Source: Octopus sinensis | Lineage: Eukaryota | Reading direction: 5' to 3' | Assembly: GCF_006345805.1 (NCBI RefSeq) | Contig: NC_042998.1 | Span: 182,466,001 to 182,530,000 of the forward strand | DNA: 64,000 nucleotides | Shown here: positions 12,307 through 26,064 of the stretch, in pieces | How the letters are laid out: every line of letters begins with the position of its first letter | How positions within the stretch are numbered: the stretch's first letter is position 1 | Made by a program: the position numbers and the translations under genes | Notes under the pieces: generated by a model | What the model saw: only the letters and a program-made list of their open reading frames with translations | Told to the model about the DNA's origin: nothing | Databases searched by the model: none

Positions 12307-13564
12307 TTAACGTCCGTTTTCCATGCTAGCATGGGTTGGACGGTTCAACTGGGGTCTGGGAAGCCAGAAGGCTGCACCAGGCCCAGTCTGATCTGGCAAT
12401 GTTTCTACAGCTGGATGCCCTTCCTAACGCCAGCCACTCCATGAGTGTAGTGAGTGCTTTTTACGTGCCACCGGCACAGGTGCCAGACGGGGCTGGCAAC
12501 GGCCACGGTCGGTTGGTGCTTTTTACGTGCCTCCGGCACAGAGTTGTTTAAGAAAAGAAGAAGCAGGTAGGCATCAGGTGTACTGGTGGTGAATTTCAAG
12601 AAGCATGGAAGTTTTGAAGGATGTAATGTCCTGACAGTTAACAACTGATGTGGCTAATTTATTCCATACTTCAGCAATTCTGAGCATGAAGAGATGAGTG
12701 CTGAAAGTCATGGGTGCTGTGTTGTTTTTTGATTTTGTAAGCATGTCCACGAGTGTTAGACATGGAATTCAAGAAGGTGCTCGAAGTTGTTGTTGGAAAG
12801 ATTTTGGATAATCTAGTGAGTGCCTACCAAGTCAGTTGCCAGATGTTGGCGAGTAAATGTGTCCATGCCTCGGAAAACAAAGCATTCAGCATATAGCAGA
12901 TGCCTGACAGTGGGTATTTGTTTGGTTGCATATTTCTGAACAGGTTCCTGGGGATTGATAAGCTGAGCTAGATAGGGTGATACACACTCTACATGTAAAT
13001 GTACTATAGCCTATGCAGCTTTAAAAAAATAGCTTAAAAGGTCTTCATGAGTAATGCTAAGAAACCCTTAATTTTCTTGACAATTTTAGAGATGTGGTTT
13101 GTCCAAAGCAAATTGTTGTTGACAATAATGCCCAAGTTATGTTGACTAGTAGACTCCTTAAGACTGGTGTTGTTGATATTTACATAATGTTAAAGATTAG
13201 CAGGAAAAAAATGTCTATGGTGAGAAATCTGCAGTTTCTCATTACAGACTATAGCTTCAGGTTTCTATTTACAATAACTGAAAATGTTGTTTACATGAGT
13301 AACAGACTCAGTACCAATCTATGAAGTTGGGTTTCACAAAACTTGAAAGAAAAATGCCAGATCAAATGATTACATTTACAGGTTATTCAAGGCACTGTCA
13401 AAGATATGCAGAAGATACAAGAAGTTTAGCATGTAATATGATTCACTTATGCAATTGCATCCATGCTTGCATCTTGCATGTATGTGCATGTTTGCATGTT
13501 AAATGTGTAAACATGAATACATGTGAGCATGTATGTATTTGAACATTAATACATGTGTGCAAGC

Positions 13565-13716
13565 AAGCATGCATGCATACATACATACACACATACATAC
13601 ACACATGCATACATACATACATACATACATACATACATACATACATACGTGCACACACACACACACATACATACATACATACATACATACATACATACAT
13701 ACATACATACATACAT

Positions 13717-13755
<39 letters not shown>

Positions 13756-13770
13756 AACACAAACACACAG
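13565..13770. repeat. (CATA)n/(CA)n microsatellite
   Basis: Direct inspection. Confidence 0.95.
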
Positions 13771-14420
13771 AATGCATTGAATCAGTCTTCCAATAAGTCT
13801 TTGCAATTTGTTGTCTACTTAGTGTATGATTACATAAAATGTTGCACAAAATTCCAGTATCCCATACTAAAATAAAGCAAAAAAGAAATTGTCCTGAATT
13901 TTGTTATGAAAAATATTTAATAATTTTTATCTACTATATTTGACACATATTTAGAAAACATATTATGTACTTTATATATATTTTATAAAACAATATCTGG
14001 CATTTACACTGTCTCTTCAGTGCGTCCACTAAGTACCATCCAAAATATATAATTGCTAAGTCATGAAGAACACAAGATTGATTGATGTATCTTCGTTATA
14101 TCTGGCCGAGATGAGTGGCAATGTATGATTTTTCACATAATATTTGAGTAGATTCTTAATTCACATCAGTTGTTCTTCAGTGGAGACAATCAGAGCTGCA
14201 ATAAGAGAAAATTATTGTAAATTATTGCTATTGTAAATATTTTACTGTAATAAAAATAAATAACTAAATCACAGGTGCAGGCATGGCTGTGTGGTACAAA
14301 ACTTGCTTCTCAACCACATGATTCCAAGTTCAGTCCCACTGTGCAGCACTATTCTGCTATAGCTTCGGGCCGACCAAAGCCTTGTGAGTAGATTTGGTTG
14401 ACAGAAACTGAAAGACGCAA

Positions 14421-14472
<52 letters not shown>

Positions 14473-16159
14473 TATATATATACACATGTATATACACAAG
14501 CAAATGTCCCCCATCAATTGGACAGTTTGCAAAGGTGAAGAGGGTTAGCTTGGACGGTGTTAAGTTGTGGAGATGTTTGGGGTTGTTACTGTTGGTTAGG
14601 GCATTAAAGATTCCTGAGACGTTAAAACTGTTGACTGTCTCTTCTAAATAAGGAAAATTGATTGATAGTGAATCTTAACACAGTGAACCTTTTCAAAATT
14701 GTCATGAGGCCAATGAAATGAAGGAAAACTGTTCAGCCTACAATATATACAACTTCCAGTGAAATTGGGCATCATAATTAACCTTAAACTTTTTGCTCTC
14801 AAACACTTTCACATTAAGGTAAGCACAATGTACTCTTCCATAGTACATACCACATGTTGACACCTATACGTTAAACTGAACACTGTTTTATCTCCAAAGT
14901 GAATATTGCAAATATTTACGTATTTTATTTCAATTTTCCTTGGCGTATTGGTAAGAACTATGGGATAAGTAACATTGGTTTCATTTGAAGGCTAAAACAA
15001 TCGCATGTGTAGCAACATCTGATAGTTTGGTCGGTCACGTGATCACGTGATATATGTGTGTATGTATATATATAGATATATAAATTAGTAACAGTTGTGG
15101 TAGAGTAGAGGAACTAGTCAATCCATTACAGCCATTTCTAATGACTCTTTTAATTGATTAATGAAAACATTACATCATGATAAAAAAAACCGCTTTCATC
15201 AGATGAATTCATGAACTTCAAAATTAAGGACATTCAAAAGGATTTAATATCGTTTAAAGTCCACGGAGCAAAATATTTTCAGTGATTCTGATACTATTTC
15301 AGTAATATATAGTTCTTAAACAAGAATGCTTTTGACAGTGACTTCAAAGTTTTGGCCATTTAAGTCACCATGGGACTTGCCATCTACCTACATCCTTTTG
15401 AAAAAAGTTGATATATCCAATTACAAAGTGCTTAGATATTGGACTTTGTACTGTTGACCTTTCTATTGTCAAATCAGAAGTTTTAAATTCAATAATACCA
15501 AATGCAACAAAAATACTGTCACACCTTGTGCCCAATTAACAAAAGAAAAACACTTACAAAGTTCTACATACAGGAATAAATTCTAAACAATAACATAAGC
15601 CCAAGTTTAACCGATTAAAATTTTCTAAAACACCCCTCCATAACAACCAGCCTTAAAAACCTAATTACCATTCCACTGAAACCCACACACCCAAGGAAGA
15701 TTTTTACTCAGCAGAGACTATATAAAAGCAAGACTATCTCTAATGATGGCTATATAAAAGCAAGACTATACTCTAACGATGGCTTAGTTGGCCATAGCTT
15801 CGAAGTCACTGTTAACAACATTCTTGCTTAAAAATAATAAATTTGTACTCTACAAAAGTATAGGGTAACCCATCAGATTACTGTAAAAACTATTGAAAAG
15901 GTTGCAAGACGCAACGAAAATTTTAGGAAAATAAAAATAAGAAAAAACTGGAAAGTTTACTGGTGAGTATGTTACATTAAAAGGCACAAAAAGAAAATGA
16001 CACTCCCCAGACACAACAGAATATGCTTCAACACACGAACTCATATAAAGAATCTTGCAAACCAAATCTAAAAACGAAATACTGTAAAATTGTTTTTATT
16101 ATAACTGAACATAAAAGCAAACATTAATATATATATATATAAGTGCATATATATGTATA

Positions 16160-16248
<89 letters not shown>

Positions 16249-16299
16249 AGAGAAAGAGAAAGAGAAAGAGAGAGAGAGACAGATAGGTAGGTATGTAGG

Positions 16300-16358
<59 letters not shown>

Positions 16359-16463
16359 GTAGATAGATATATAAGAAGTAACATGGATATTTAACAGAAT
16401 GTTAACTTGATAAACAAGATAAATAGATTGATGAAAAGGTCTAACTTTGTATTTGTTTCAATA

Positions 16464-16574
16464 TCATGCTTCAGTAGCAGATATTTCTGAAAAACTTGGG
16501 TAAGGAACAGTTGGTACATCATAATGGACATTTGGTAATATATTGCCTTCCTTATCACATGTAATGTCTGTTGA
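16464..16574 (-). CDS. Minus-strand repeat/coiled-coil gene, terminal exon (STDITCDKEGNILPNVHYDVPTVPYPSFSEISATEA*)
   Basis: Acceptor ttattatttacag; phase 0; 37 codons ending in TGA; minus-strand AATAAA at ~16095-16100. Confidence 0.6.
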   Translation of the reverse strand, partial: STDITCDKEGNILPNVHYDVPTVPYPSFSEISATEA

Positions 16575-17646
16575 CTGTAAATAATAAGAGCACACATTAT
16601 TTATAATAAAGTTAAGCAGAACAAACTTATCAAAATCATACTTCCAATTTTTCTTAAACTACTTTGGTATATTATTTGCATATCCACGAAGATGTAATTT
16701 GGAGGAATAGTGTATGTTGGGAAAAACTGTGCTACAAGTTGGTAGTAGATAGTATATGAAGTAGTGTCAAGCTAGTGAAAAATCTGGTGCAGTGAAGTGG
16801 TTCAACTAGAACTTAGCTGGTATTTCATAAATAAGAAAACCAACGGTAAAAATCTATCTAAAAGGAGCTTGGAAATCAGACATTAAATTGATAGGAGGAG
16901 GTGGAGTAATGATGATGATGGTGATGACGATGATGATGATGACAATGATATACATTTTTGAATTTTTATGCATTTATTGGACTCTGTAAATTCAATAAAA
17001 CACGCCACCTTACGTGTGCAGGTGGCATGTAAAAAAAACCACTTGAGTGTGGCCGTTGCCAGTACTGCCTGACTGGCCCTTGTGCCGGTGGCACATAAAA
17101 GCACCCACTACACTCTCGGAGTGGTTGACATTAGGAAGGGCATCCAGCTGTAGAAACTCTGCCAGATCAGATTGGAGCCTGGTGTAGCCATCTAGTTCGC
17201 CAGTCCTCAGTCAAATTGTTCAACCCATGCTAGCATGGAAAGCGGGCGTTAAATGATGATGATGAAGATGATGATGATGATGATGTTTAGTAATGTGCTA
17301 GTACTAACATTAACAATAATAATTCTTTCTGCTACAGACACAAGGCTTGAAATTTGGGGAGAGGGGTCAAGTTGATTACATTGATCCAGTGGTCAACTGC
17401 TATTTATGTTATTAATGCCGAAAGGTTGAAAAGCCAAGTCAACCTTGGAGGAATTTGAACTCAGAATGTTGAGCTAGAAAAAAATGTTGTTGAGCATTTT
17501 GTCCAGCATGCTAACGATTCTGCCAGTTCACCACCTTAATAAGGATGATAATAATAATAAAAACAATAACATAACAATTAATAATAATTACTATTGGTGG
17601 AAGGTAGAATCAGTAGAGTAATCAACTAAATGGTTTGTTGTATTCA

Positions 17647-17876
17647 GGCGAGCTGGCAGAATGGTTAGCATGCCGGGCGAAATGCGTAACCGTACTTCGC
17701 CTGCCGTTACGTTCTGAGTTCAAATTCCGCCGAGGTCGACTTTGCCTTTCATCCTTTCGGGGTCGATTAAATAAGTACCAGTTACGCACTGGGGTCGATA
17801 TAGTCGACTTAATCCGTTTGTTTGTCCTTGTTTGTCCCCTCTGTGTTTAGCCCCTTGTGGGTAGTAAAGAAATAGG
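17647..17876 (+). mobile_element. SINE family A
   Basis: Near full-length copy. Confidence 0.85.
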
Positions 17877-17989
17877 TTTGTCGTATTCAGTTACATCCCT
17901 TACAGTTCTAAGTTTGTCTCCTACTGAGGGAGACTTTTCCTTTCATCCTTTTTACTCAATAAAATATGAACCAGTTAAGTAATAAATCC

Positions 17990-18391
17990 AAGTGTCTGTA
18001 TGCGCTCAAAAGGTGTCAAAATAGCTTCTGTAGTTCCAGCAAAACATGCAGCAGTGCCTTTCCTGACATCTTTTGGCAGATTAGTTTTCCTCAAGAGTAT
18101 TTCATTGTAATTCTGGTAAATTCCAAACATAGCTGCAACAGACGTTGACTTTTGTTACAAAGGAGGCAGAAGCCCACGGTATAATTGGCGTAGACCTTCA
18201 TGATATATTTGTTTATAAGCAGTCTCACTACTTGCACCATAGAGCTGCTGACGAAATGTCACCTTGTTAATGGGAAATGTGGCAGTAATGTTGATAAAGG
18301 CAGCACCATAACCACACAAAAATTCAGCATAGCTTTTGCATCTTTTCATTAAAATTGGTATTTCAGAATTACTTAAGTTTGATGGATCCAT
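17990..18391 (-). pseudogene. SLC25A51: Truncated SLC25A51/MCART1-like mitochondrial NAD+ carrier fragment
   Basis: EFLCGYGAAFINITATFPINKVTFRQQLYG..LYRGLLPPL*QKSTSVAAMFG..AGTTEAILTPFERIQTL matches the recalled SLC25A51 N-terminal half. In-frame TAA at 18157-18155. Homology stops at 17990 against a degenerate SINE with no GT donor. Confidence 0.85.
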
Positions 18392-19212
18392 GATACAGCA
18401 AAGACTGTTTGATTCCTTTTATGCTATTTTCAAATGAAAAAAATAAAACTGTAGGTAATCTTTGGTTTGAATTATATTTAATTTCCACTGGTGCCCCTCC
18501 AGATCCTTCCTCTGAAAATTTGTGGTCTTGTGCAAAGAATGTGGGCAAAAATGCTTTGTAGTATTTATTCTGGTTATTTATGTTCTAAGTTCAAATCCCA
18601 CTGGGGTCAACTTACCCTTCCATACTTTCATCATTATCACCATCATCATTCAATGTCCTGTCTGTTGTGGCATGGTTTCTATGGTTGGATGCCCCTCTGG
18701 GTGCATTTAGGCAGCACTGACATGGTACTAGCACATGTGCTTTTTAAGTGGCACTGGCACCTGACAGGACAAGCCCGTATGTGTGGAAGACAGTGATTTT
18801 AATTAGCTTGATATGCTTTACGAAGTATAGCAAATCACCACATCTCCTGGTCCCTTAAAATTTCCTCAGTGAGGCCCAGCATCCAAAGATCCTTTCTCAC
18901 CACTTTGTCCCATGTCTTCCTGTGTATCCTCCACAATTAAAGCTCAGCACTTCTTTATGTAGCTGTCCTCATCCATATACAATGCAGCTGTCCTCATAAA
19001 ATACCAGTCAAGAATAGAATCAATTCAATTGACTAACCTTTCCCCAAAATTTCTGGTCTTGTGTCAAAATAAGGTAGTGAACGGCAAAATCAATATAGTG
19101 GTGGATTAAATACATGCATTTAATTTTTAGTTCAATTCTTACTTTGTCAGTCATCTTTCTGGGACCATTAAAATAGGTACTACCCTAGTACTGAATTCAA
19201 TTAAATAGACTA

Positions 19213-20421
19213 TACATGAAGGTGAGCTGAAAAGTTCATAAGCTGACTATGAAGGAGTGATGTTAGAATTGTGAAACTTGGCATTTACTAATATTAACTT
19301 TTCTTATTAATAACTGCATTGTTTCCTTCCAGGTAAAGAACACTTCAAAAGTAATTAGTAGTCACTTCTCTTGAAAAATGGACAAATTTTGGCATCATGG
19401 TGTTATCAAGTACCTGGGCATTCATGCTGACACGGTTGCTATATTAGGGGAGGATGCTCCAGTTTTATCAACAGTGGAAAAGTGAGCAGCTGAATTAAGA
19501 GAAGCATCAGTCTTGAAGATGACTCAAGGTCTGGACGTCCTACAACTGCCACCACCAAGGAAAACATTGATTGTGTTCACCACATGGTGATGATGGATAA
19601 CAGCATTTGACTAAAAATCAAATAGTCAATATTGTTAGCATATCTCATGAGAGAGTTGAGAATATTCTGCTTGGTGGGTGCCATGTTTTCTGATACCTGA
19701 TCAAAAGCCCATCAGGTTGATCACATCACAGGAGAAAATCTGATATTGTTTGAGGCAACTCCAGCTGGTTTCCTTGAGTTATTCCTAACTCAGGATGAGG
19801 GTTGGCTTCATCACTTTGAGTCAGAGGCAAAGAGACTATCCATGCAGTAGAAACAACCCTCCTCACCAACTCCAAAGAAGGCTAAAGTCATGGAAGGTGT
19901 TGGCCTCAGTTTTTTTTGGGATGCAAAAGGCATTGTGTTTATTGATTATCTTCAAAAGGGCCACACTATCAATGGAGAGTACTATGGTAATTTGCTGAGG
20001 CAGTTACAATGGGCTATCAAGACCAAATGCCCAGGAGAACTGATGAAAGGGTCTTGTTTTGTGAGGACAATGATCCAGCACACAAATCCTTGCTTTCAAT
20101 AGCTACAGTGCACAACTGTAGCTTTGAACTGGCTAATCAGCTTCCCTATTTGGCTCCGTCTGACTATCATCCATTTCCCCAACATGAAAAAACTTTTGGC
20201 TGGGAATGAGTATCACAGTAGTGATGATGTCATGTCTGCTATTGATGACTTTTTTGATCAACAAGATGAAAATTTCTTCACTAATGGGATCCAAGTAATT
20301 CAACGCCAATGGAAGAAGTGTGTGGACCACAAGAAAGACTATGTTGAAAAATAAACCTCATTTGGTCACATTTTATAAGAGTATTTTGGTCAGCCTGTGA
20401 ACTTTCCAGCTGACCCTTGTA
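19213..20421 (+). mobile_element. Mariner (D,D34D-type) transposon, decayed
   Basis: ~30-bp imperfect TIRs flanked by TA; transposase remnants SGRPTTA, WVP, FWDAKGIVFIDYLQKGHTINGEYY, DNDPAHKS, LAPSDYH, DYVEK*; several frameshifts. Confidence 0.9.
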
Positions 20422-20464
20422 CATTGGCCAAAATTTTGGAGATGTCTAACTGTGTTATAAAATA

Positions 20465-20682
20465 TTAACCCTTTTGTTACCAACCCGGCTCTGGCTCTGA
20501 GTACAAATGTCTTGTTTCCATAAGTTTTGAATTAAAATCTTCCACCAAATCTTAGTCACAATTTATGTTCTTAACACTAACTGAATGATAACTAAGTTAT
20601 TTTACTAAATTCTTTGTTATATTTAAAGTAATTGAAAGAAACACAGAGAATTTCAAAATAAATACAGTAACGAAAGGGCTAA
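20465..20682. mobile_element. piggyBac-type MITE
   Basis: TTAA-CCCTTTTGTTAC at left and GTAACGAAAGGG-CTAA at right. Confidence 0.7.
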
Positions 20683-20826
20683 GTATGTATTGATACAATT
20701 TTTCAAGCAACTGGTAGATGAAATATTGAAACTTAAACTGTTCCTTAAATATATAGATTCATTCTTAATTCATTTTGTGAAGAGAAGCATCACTATATAT
20801 TAAACTGAAATTTCAAAAATACTTAC

Positions 20827-20877
20827 ACATAATTTGACTTGCATAGGCTGCTCTTTGGTAGGAAGCGGGTTATTTAT
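20827..20877 (-). CDS. Minus-strand gene exon (INNPLPTKEQPMQVKLC)
   Basis: Strong polypyrimidine acceptor, GTAAGT donor, 51 nt, phase 0 to 0, open. Confidence 0.7.
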
Positions 20878-22875
20878 CTGGAATTTAAATAAAAAGAAAG
20901 AGGAAATCAATAAATTGTGGCATTTCATTTCAATAAATTAATTAATTTAATGCTTCTGTAAAGGGAACTGGTTGCTTCTTTACACTTTTGGGGTGCAACT
21001 TGGGTGCAACACAATTTCCTTTCCTTTTGTTTCTAGAAACTACCAGTCAGGAACGAAACGCAAGTTTAAAAATATATACAATTCTTTATTCTCTTGGTTC
21101 AACAATGAAACACGATGGTATACTGGTATCCACCTAGTTCAACACAGCAAGGCTGAATTCTAACGTTTGTAAGCTTCTTACAACAATTCAGCAGCAATAG
21201 AACAGGTTAAATCCTAAGCGTCTGGGACAGGAGAATAGGCTGAACCCACGTTTAAAAATACGTCCTTTCTCTTCTATCGCCGTGTCTCAAGTCCCCGACG
21301 CTATTAAGGAACGCTATAGAATTTCTTCTTCAGTCTCTAGCGCATGTGCATGAGGGAACTTCCTTATGTCTTTCCAGAAGGTTCCAAAAGGTTCCAACCC
21401 CGCACACGCACACTGAAGAAGGACGCTCCGCACACGCACACTGAAGAATGACGTTGCATGTGCGCACACTGGAACATGACGTCACTATACTTCCATAACT
21501 CAGCAAGAAATTCTTTGGACATTCTTTGTAGATCATAAAAGAAGTAGTACCTCCCTTTTAACACATATGTCATTGGAGGGTTTAAGTTCATAATGACAGG
21601 TTAAAATACACCTGACCACCACAGCATTTAATACTAGACACTAGAAATATAAAAAGTAAATGTCCTCAGGATCTATAAAAAAGAAGTTGTTCATAAGACA
21701 AGAGATTAACTCTGACCTTTTCAAAGTGGGTGAAAGATAAATATCTTCTTGGCTCAGACACTAGTCTATGACAGTATACTTTTTGAATGTTCTTGGCAAA
21801 GATCACCTTGTTGCAAGAATCTGGACCATCACCCCAGTTACCACTTTCTGTCCTTGGTTTTTCCTACATACATAAACTTGCAGAGATGTTTAGCTTGGGT
21901 GGGTATCAACCACTTCAATCTCACCTGCCTGAGAGCCTGTAATGGTCCAGAGCTCTGTACTTAATCTTTTAACTAATGTATTAAGAATAATTGACATTTA
22001 TAGAATAATAAGCTCAGGAAATGACACATATGAAGTAAAGTGTTCTTTCCTGATATGTCCTGAGATGTGAACTTATGATATTTCATCTATAGCTACACCA
22101 CTTTTATTATGAATAATGAAATTTTTATTGCTTTCTTCTACCTTTCTTGTAATATAGCAAAAGAAAAAAAGAATTGTTGTTTCCCTGAATGCAAATGAAT
22201 AAATAGATCTGAACAGGTCGCGGTCTCAAAGCGACGAAAATACTTTGACAAATTAAATTTAAATGTTGAAGTGAATCTAACGGTTTTTGTGTGTTTCTTA
22301 AACGACTTATAAACACCTTCCATGTTGCACTTGTTTTCATTCCAGCACATGATCTCAGATCAGGTCACTTACTATGCAAGTACATCTCCATTAATCAATA
22401 CTGCTGAATCTTAACACTTTATAGGCCAAATGAAAGCACTAATACCATCAACATTTTGTTCTAAGTGTTTAGAAACTAAATATAGTGGAGAAGTTTCTAG
22501 ATATTTTACCAGCTTCACAAATGGATTTAAGATCTGAACTCACTATAATAAGATAATGAAATATTTGTCAAATTTGCAATCCTTCTGGACTCACAAGCTG
22601 TGAAGTGTACCTTAACAACATTCCTATTAGAGATAGATACATTGAACTGTTGAGAGTTACTTGTTTTTACCATGAACACAATAAGCATTGTGCAATTGAT
22701 AATAGTATAAACCATCAACTTGGTAAATACATTACCATCCCGTTAAAGGAGCCAGTTTCAACAATTAATGAAGGGAGTCAAAGGCTCTTACAGAATACAG
22801 AACATGATATAGTCAAAACACAAATTAACTACTACAGCTTACAATGTTAGAGGTGAAATAAAGAGAAAGACTTAC

Positions 22876-22963
22876 TTTATAAGTTATTCCTGCATGGTGC
22901 ATCAAGCATGACTGTCTTTGTAGAGTTTGGCGTGTGTACATTTCATTCCTAAGGGCATTGTAG
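22876..22963 (-). CDS. Minus-strand gene exon (C-YNALRNEMYTRQTLQRQSCLMHHAGITYK)
   Basis: Pyrimidine-rich acceptor, GTAAGT donor, 88 nt, phase 2 to 0, continues the preceding exon. Confidence 0.75.
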
Positions 22964-23836
22964 CTATACATCAGAAGAAGAAAGAGAAGGTAGTTGAATT
23001 TATTTAACATCAATATTTCAAAACTGATACAAATTTAAAAATAAACAACAACCCCACCCAATGATCATTATATACAATGCCCTATAAATTCTATCCATCC
23101 ATTGAAGTCCTATAGCCCAAGGTGGCTGGTAGGTTCACAGTATACCTAGTGGTATCTATCTCCTCTCTAGCTATTGTTTGCTTTTGGCTTCTCTGCAAGC
23201 TCTTCTGCCCTTTGACAGATTTTATTTTAAATTCTATTTGGCACCCGTACACCCTGCTCATGTAGCAAATTGGGTGGAGGGTACCAATTTTGTCACCAAC
23301 CACCTAGCTGTGAATCAGATTGTATTGGGTTACATGCCACAAAATAATCTTTGGTCGGTGTATTGGTCATATATAGGTGGTGAATTCTCTGTCAGTTTTA
23401 ACAATCAGCACTCATTTGTTTAACCAATTATGTTTTTACTTGTGAAATTAATGTGTTAACAACTGAGTATTCCACAGCTATGTGTATCCTAAACACAATT
23501 CTTAGACTGGTGCACTCAGCATGATGCGATGTTGCAAGGCTTGACCTCTGAAATACAAGCACAATTCAGGCAGAAAGAGAGAGAAATAGAAAAGGATCAA
23601 ATTCACCTCTGGACTGACACTTTATCTAGTGACCACCATAAATGGAAAGACAAGGTTGATCTCAGTGGGATTTAAACTCAGAGTGAAGAAAGCTGAAGCC
23701 AGTATCTTAAGGCAGAGGCTGGTATATGCTACTTAAATCCATTTGGTGACAATCTTGGATTCTAGAAAGCATTACATAGAATTCATATCTTTCTGAAGTG
23801 TATTAGTATTGTTAGTAAAGTTATTTCAACAAGGAA

Positions 23837-24228
23837 GTGGAGGCGCAATGGCCCAGTGGTTAGGGCAGCGGACTCGCGGTCATAGGATCGCGATTTCGAT
23901 TCCCAGACCGGCGTTGTGAGTGTTTATTGAGCGAAAACAACTAAAGCTCCACGAGGCTCTGGCAGGGGATGGTGGTGATCCCTGCTGTACTCTTTCACCA
24001 CAACTTTCTCTCACTCTTACTTCCTGTATCTGTTGTACCTGTATTTCAAAGGGCCGGCCTTGTCACTCTCTGTGTCACGCTGAATATCCCCGAGAACTAC
24101 GTTAAGGGTACTCGTGTCTGTGGAGTGCTCAGCCACTTACACATTAATTTCATGAGCAGGCTGTTCCGTTGATTCAGATCAACCGGAACCCTCGTCGTCG
24201 TAACCGACAGAGTGCTTCCATCCATCCA
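23837..24228 (+). mobile_element. tRNA-derived SINE, family D
   Basis: GGCGCAATGGCCCAGTGGTTAGGGCAGCGGACTCGCGGTCATAGGATCGCGATTTCGATTCCC head followed by a ~330-bp body. Confidence 0.75.
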
Positions 24229-24269
24229 TTTCAACTAGGAATAAAAATTTGAGTGCATATTTCACTCAC

Positions 24270-24328
24270 CAAGGAATATATTGTAATCCCAAGATACCAA
24301 TAACAAGTACCAATTCATAATGGTCATA
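24270..24328 (-). CDS. Minus-strand gene exon, hydrophobic segment (YDHYELVLVIGILGLQYIP)
   Basis: Acceptor tatatttccag, GTGAGT donor, 59 nt, phase 0 to 2. Confidence 0.75.
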
Positions 24329-24872
24329 CTGGAAATATAATTAAACTGAAACTTTTAAGCTTAAGAAAATAGTCTCAAGTATACCTATGTTGGAGAATTT
24401 GGATCTTTTTCTCATAGAAGTTTGTTTTGCTATACCCTATATCCGGTATATCAGCAAATGTACTGTAAAAGAGATTTAAAAAAGAAATTTTTTGTTATGA
24501 ATTGTTTAAAATTTCATTACTTTATATTCAATAAAAAATATTGCCGGCATCAGCTGTTAGTTGTTGGAGCACTGCATCCTTCAAAACTTCCATGCTTCCT
24601 GAGATTCGCCAACACTACACCTGATTTTCTCCCCTCCATACACAAGCAAACATGTATCTGACTCATACACTGTTCACCTTCCAGACATTTGTACATTACT
24701 GTATATTCTTTATATGCACTTTTGACAAGTTGTGATGCACCTGAGCACTGTATACAATAATTTCATTATTACTATTATCATTCTATATGAATTTTAAATT
24801 GAAACTTTGGTGGAAGAATATAACCCACAAGACACATACCACAGTTTCAGATGCAATAGCACCTAATCTTAC

Positions 24873-24993
24873 CTGAAGCAACCAGATTATTTTACTTTGC
24901 CATTGTGAACTACTTCTCCACATTGATAGTTTTCGGAAATTGTAAAAGGATCTTGAAATCTTTGTATAGAGATTTTTACAGAGATGAATGAAG
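24873..24993 (-). CDS. Minus-strand gene exon (S-FIHLCKNLYTKISRSFYNFRKLSMWRSSSQWQSKIIWLLQ)
   Basis: AG acceptor, CAG|GTAAGA donor, 121 nt, phase 2 to 0; the only fully open frame matches both neighbours. Confidence 0.75.
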
Positions 24994-25599
24994 CTGATTG
25001 TAAATAAGAATAAATGCAATAATACCTCAAAAATGCAAACTCTCAGGTGTCATATTTATTTATTTATGTATGTATGTATGTATGTATGTATGTATGTATG
25101 TATGTATGTATGTATGTATGTATGTATGTATGTATGTATGTATGTATGTATTTATGTATGTATGTATTATGTATGTATGTGTATGTGTGTGTGTATGTAT
25201 GTATGTATGTCTGTATGTATGTGTGTGTGTGTATGTATGTATGTGTGTGTGTATGTATGTATGTATGTATGTATAAAGGTAGAATTTTATGCCATCCTGT
25301 TGATGAACCCATCACTTTAAATCTTGCACTTCTAATAATCCTTTATTACATATAAACTCTTCATTATAAGGTCTGAGTGATTATGGAACTTTCTATCCAT
25401 TATTGTATTTCCAATGATACACTAACTGCTAATTGTTGTATTAGCCATACCAATGGTCACATACAACCACTCATATTCTCCTACATTGAAAGAACTTCAC
25501 AATTAACAGCAATGTGAAAAATAAAGAAAACAAGTGATAAATTATTTTAAAAAATTTAAATAATTTTTCATGCTAATGAAGTTAAAGAATGAAATGTAC

Positions 25600-25697
25600 C
25601 TATCCTTCAAAATTTTATATTTTTTTCTTGGTTCAATCATGCGACTTTGTTCCAGGACTCTAATTTTCCGGTGAAGTTCCTTGTTTTGTTCCGTAAA
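25600..25697 (-). CDS. Minus-strand gene exon, coiled-coil (FTEQNKELHRKIRVLEQSRMIEPRKKYKILKD)
   Basis: Acceptor ttttatttttag, AG|GTACAT donor, 98 nt, phase 0 to 2. Confidence 0.75.
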
Positions 25698-25833
25698 CTA
25701 AAAATAAAATAAAGTTATTTACTTTGCAAAAATTACTTTTTAATTGCTGGGTCTGAAGGAAGAAGTGCTTATAGCTTTTGAAATTCCTTCGAGGGATTGG
25801 TACAGCTGACAGCATTAACATTTTACATAAACT

Positions 25834-26064
25834 TATTTCTTTATTACCCTCAAGGGGCTAAACACAGAGGGGACAAACAAGGACAGGCATAGGTATTAAA
25901 TCGATTACATCGACCCCAGTGCGTAACTGGTACTTAATTTATCGACCCCGAAAGGCTGGAAGGCAAAGTCGACCTCGGCAGAATTTGAACTCAGAACGTA
26001 GCGGCAGACGAAATACGGCTACGCATTTCGCCAGGTGTGCTAATGTGTCTTCCAGCTCGCCGCC
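25834..26064 (-). mobile_element. SINE family A
   Basis: Reverse-complement copy. Confidence 0.85.

Noticed and set aside
22527-22850. ORFs on both strands next to the 22876 exon
   Set aside because: No splice context or recognisable homology; within chance expectation.
23837-23910. tRNA-like sequence
   Set aside because: No acceptor-stem closure and it continues into a SINE body; it is a SINE head, as are the heads of families A, B and E.
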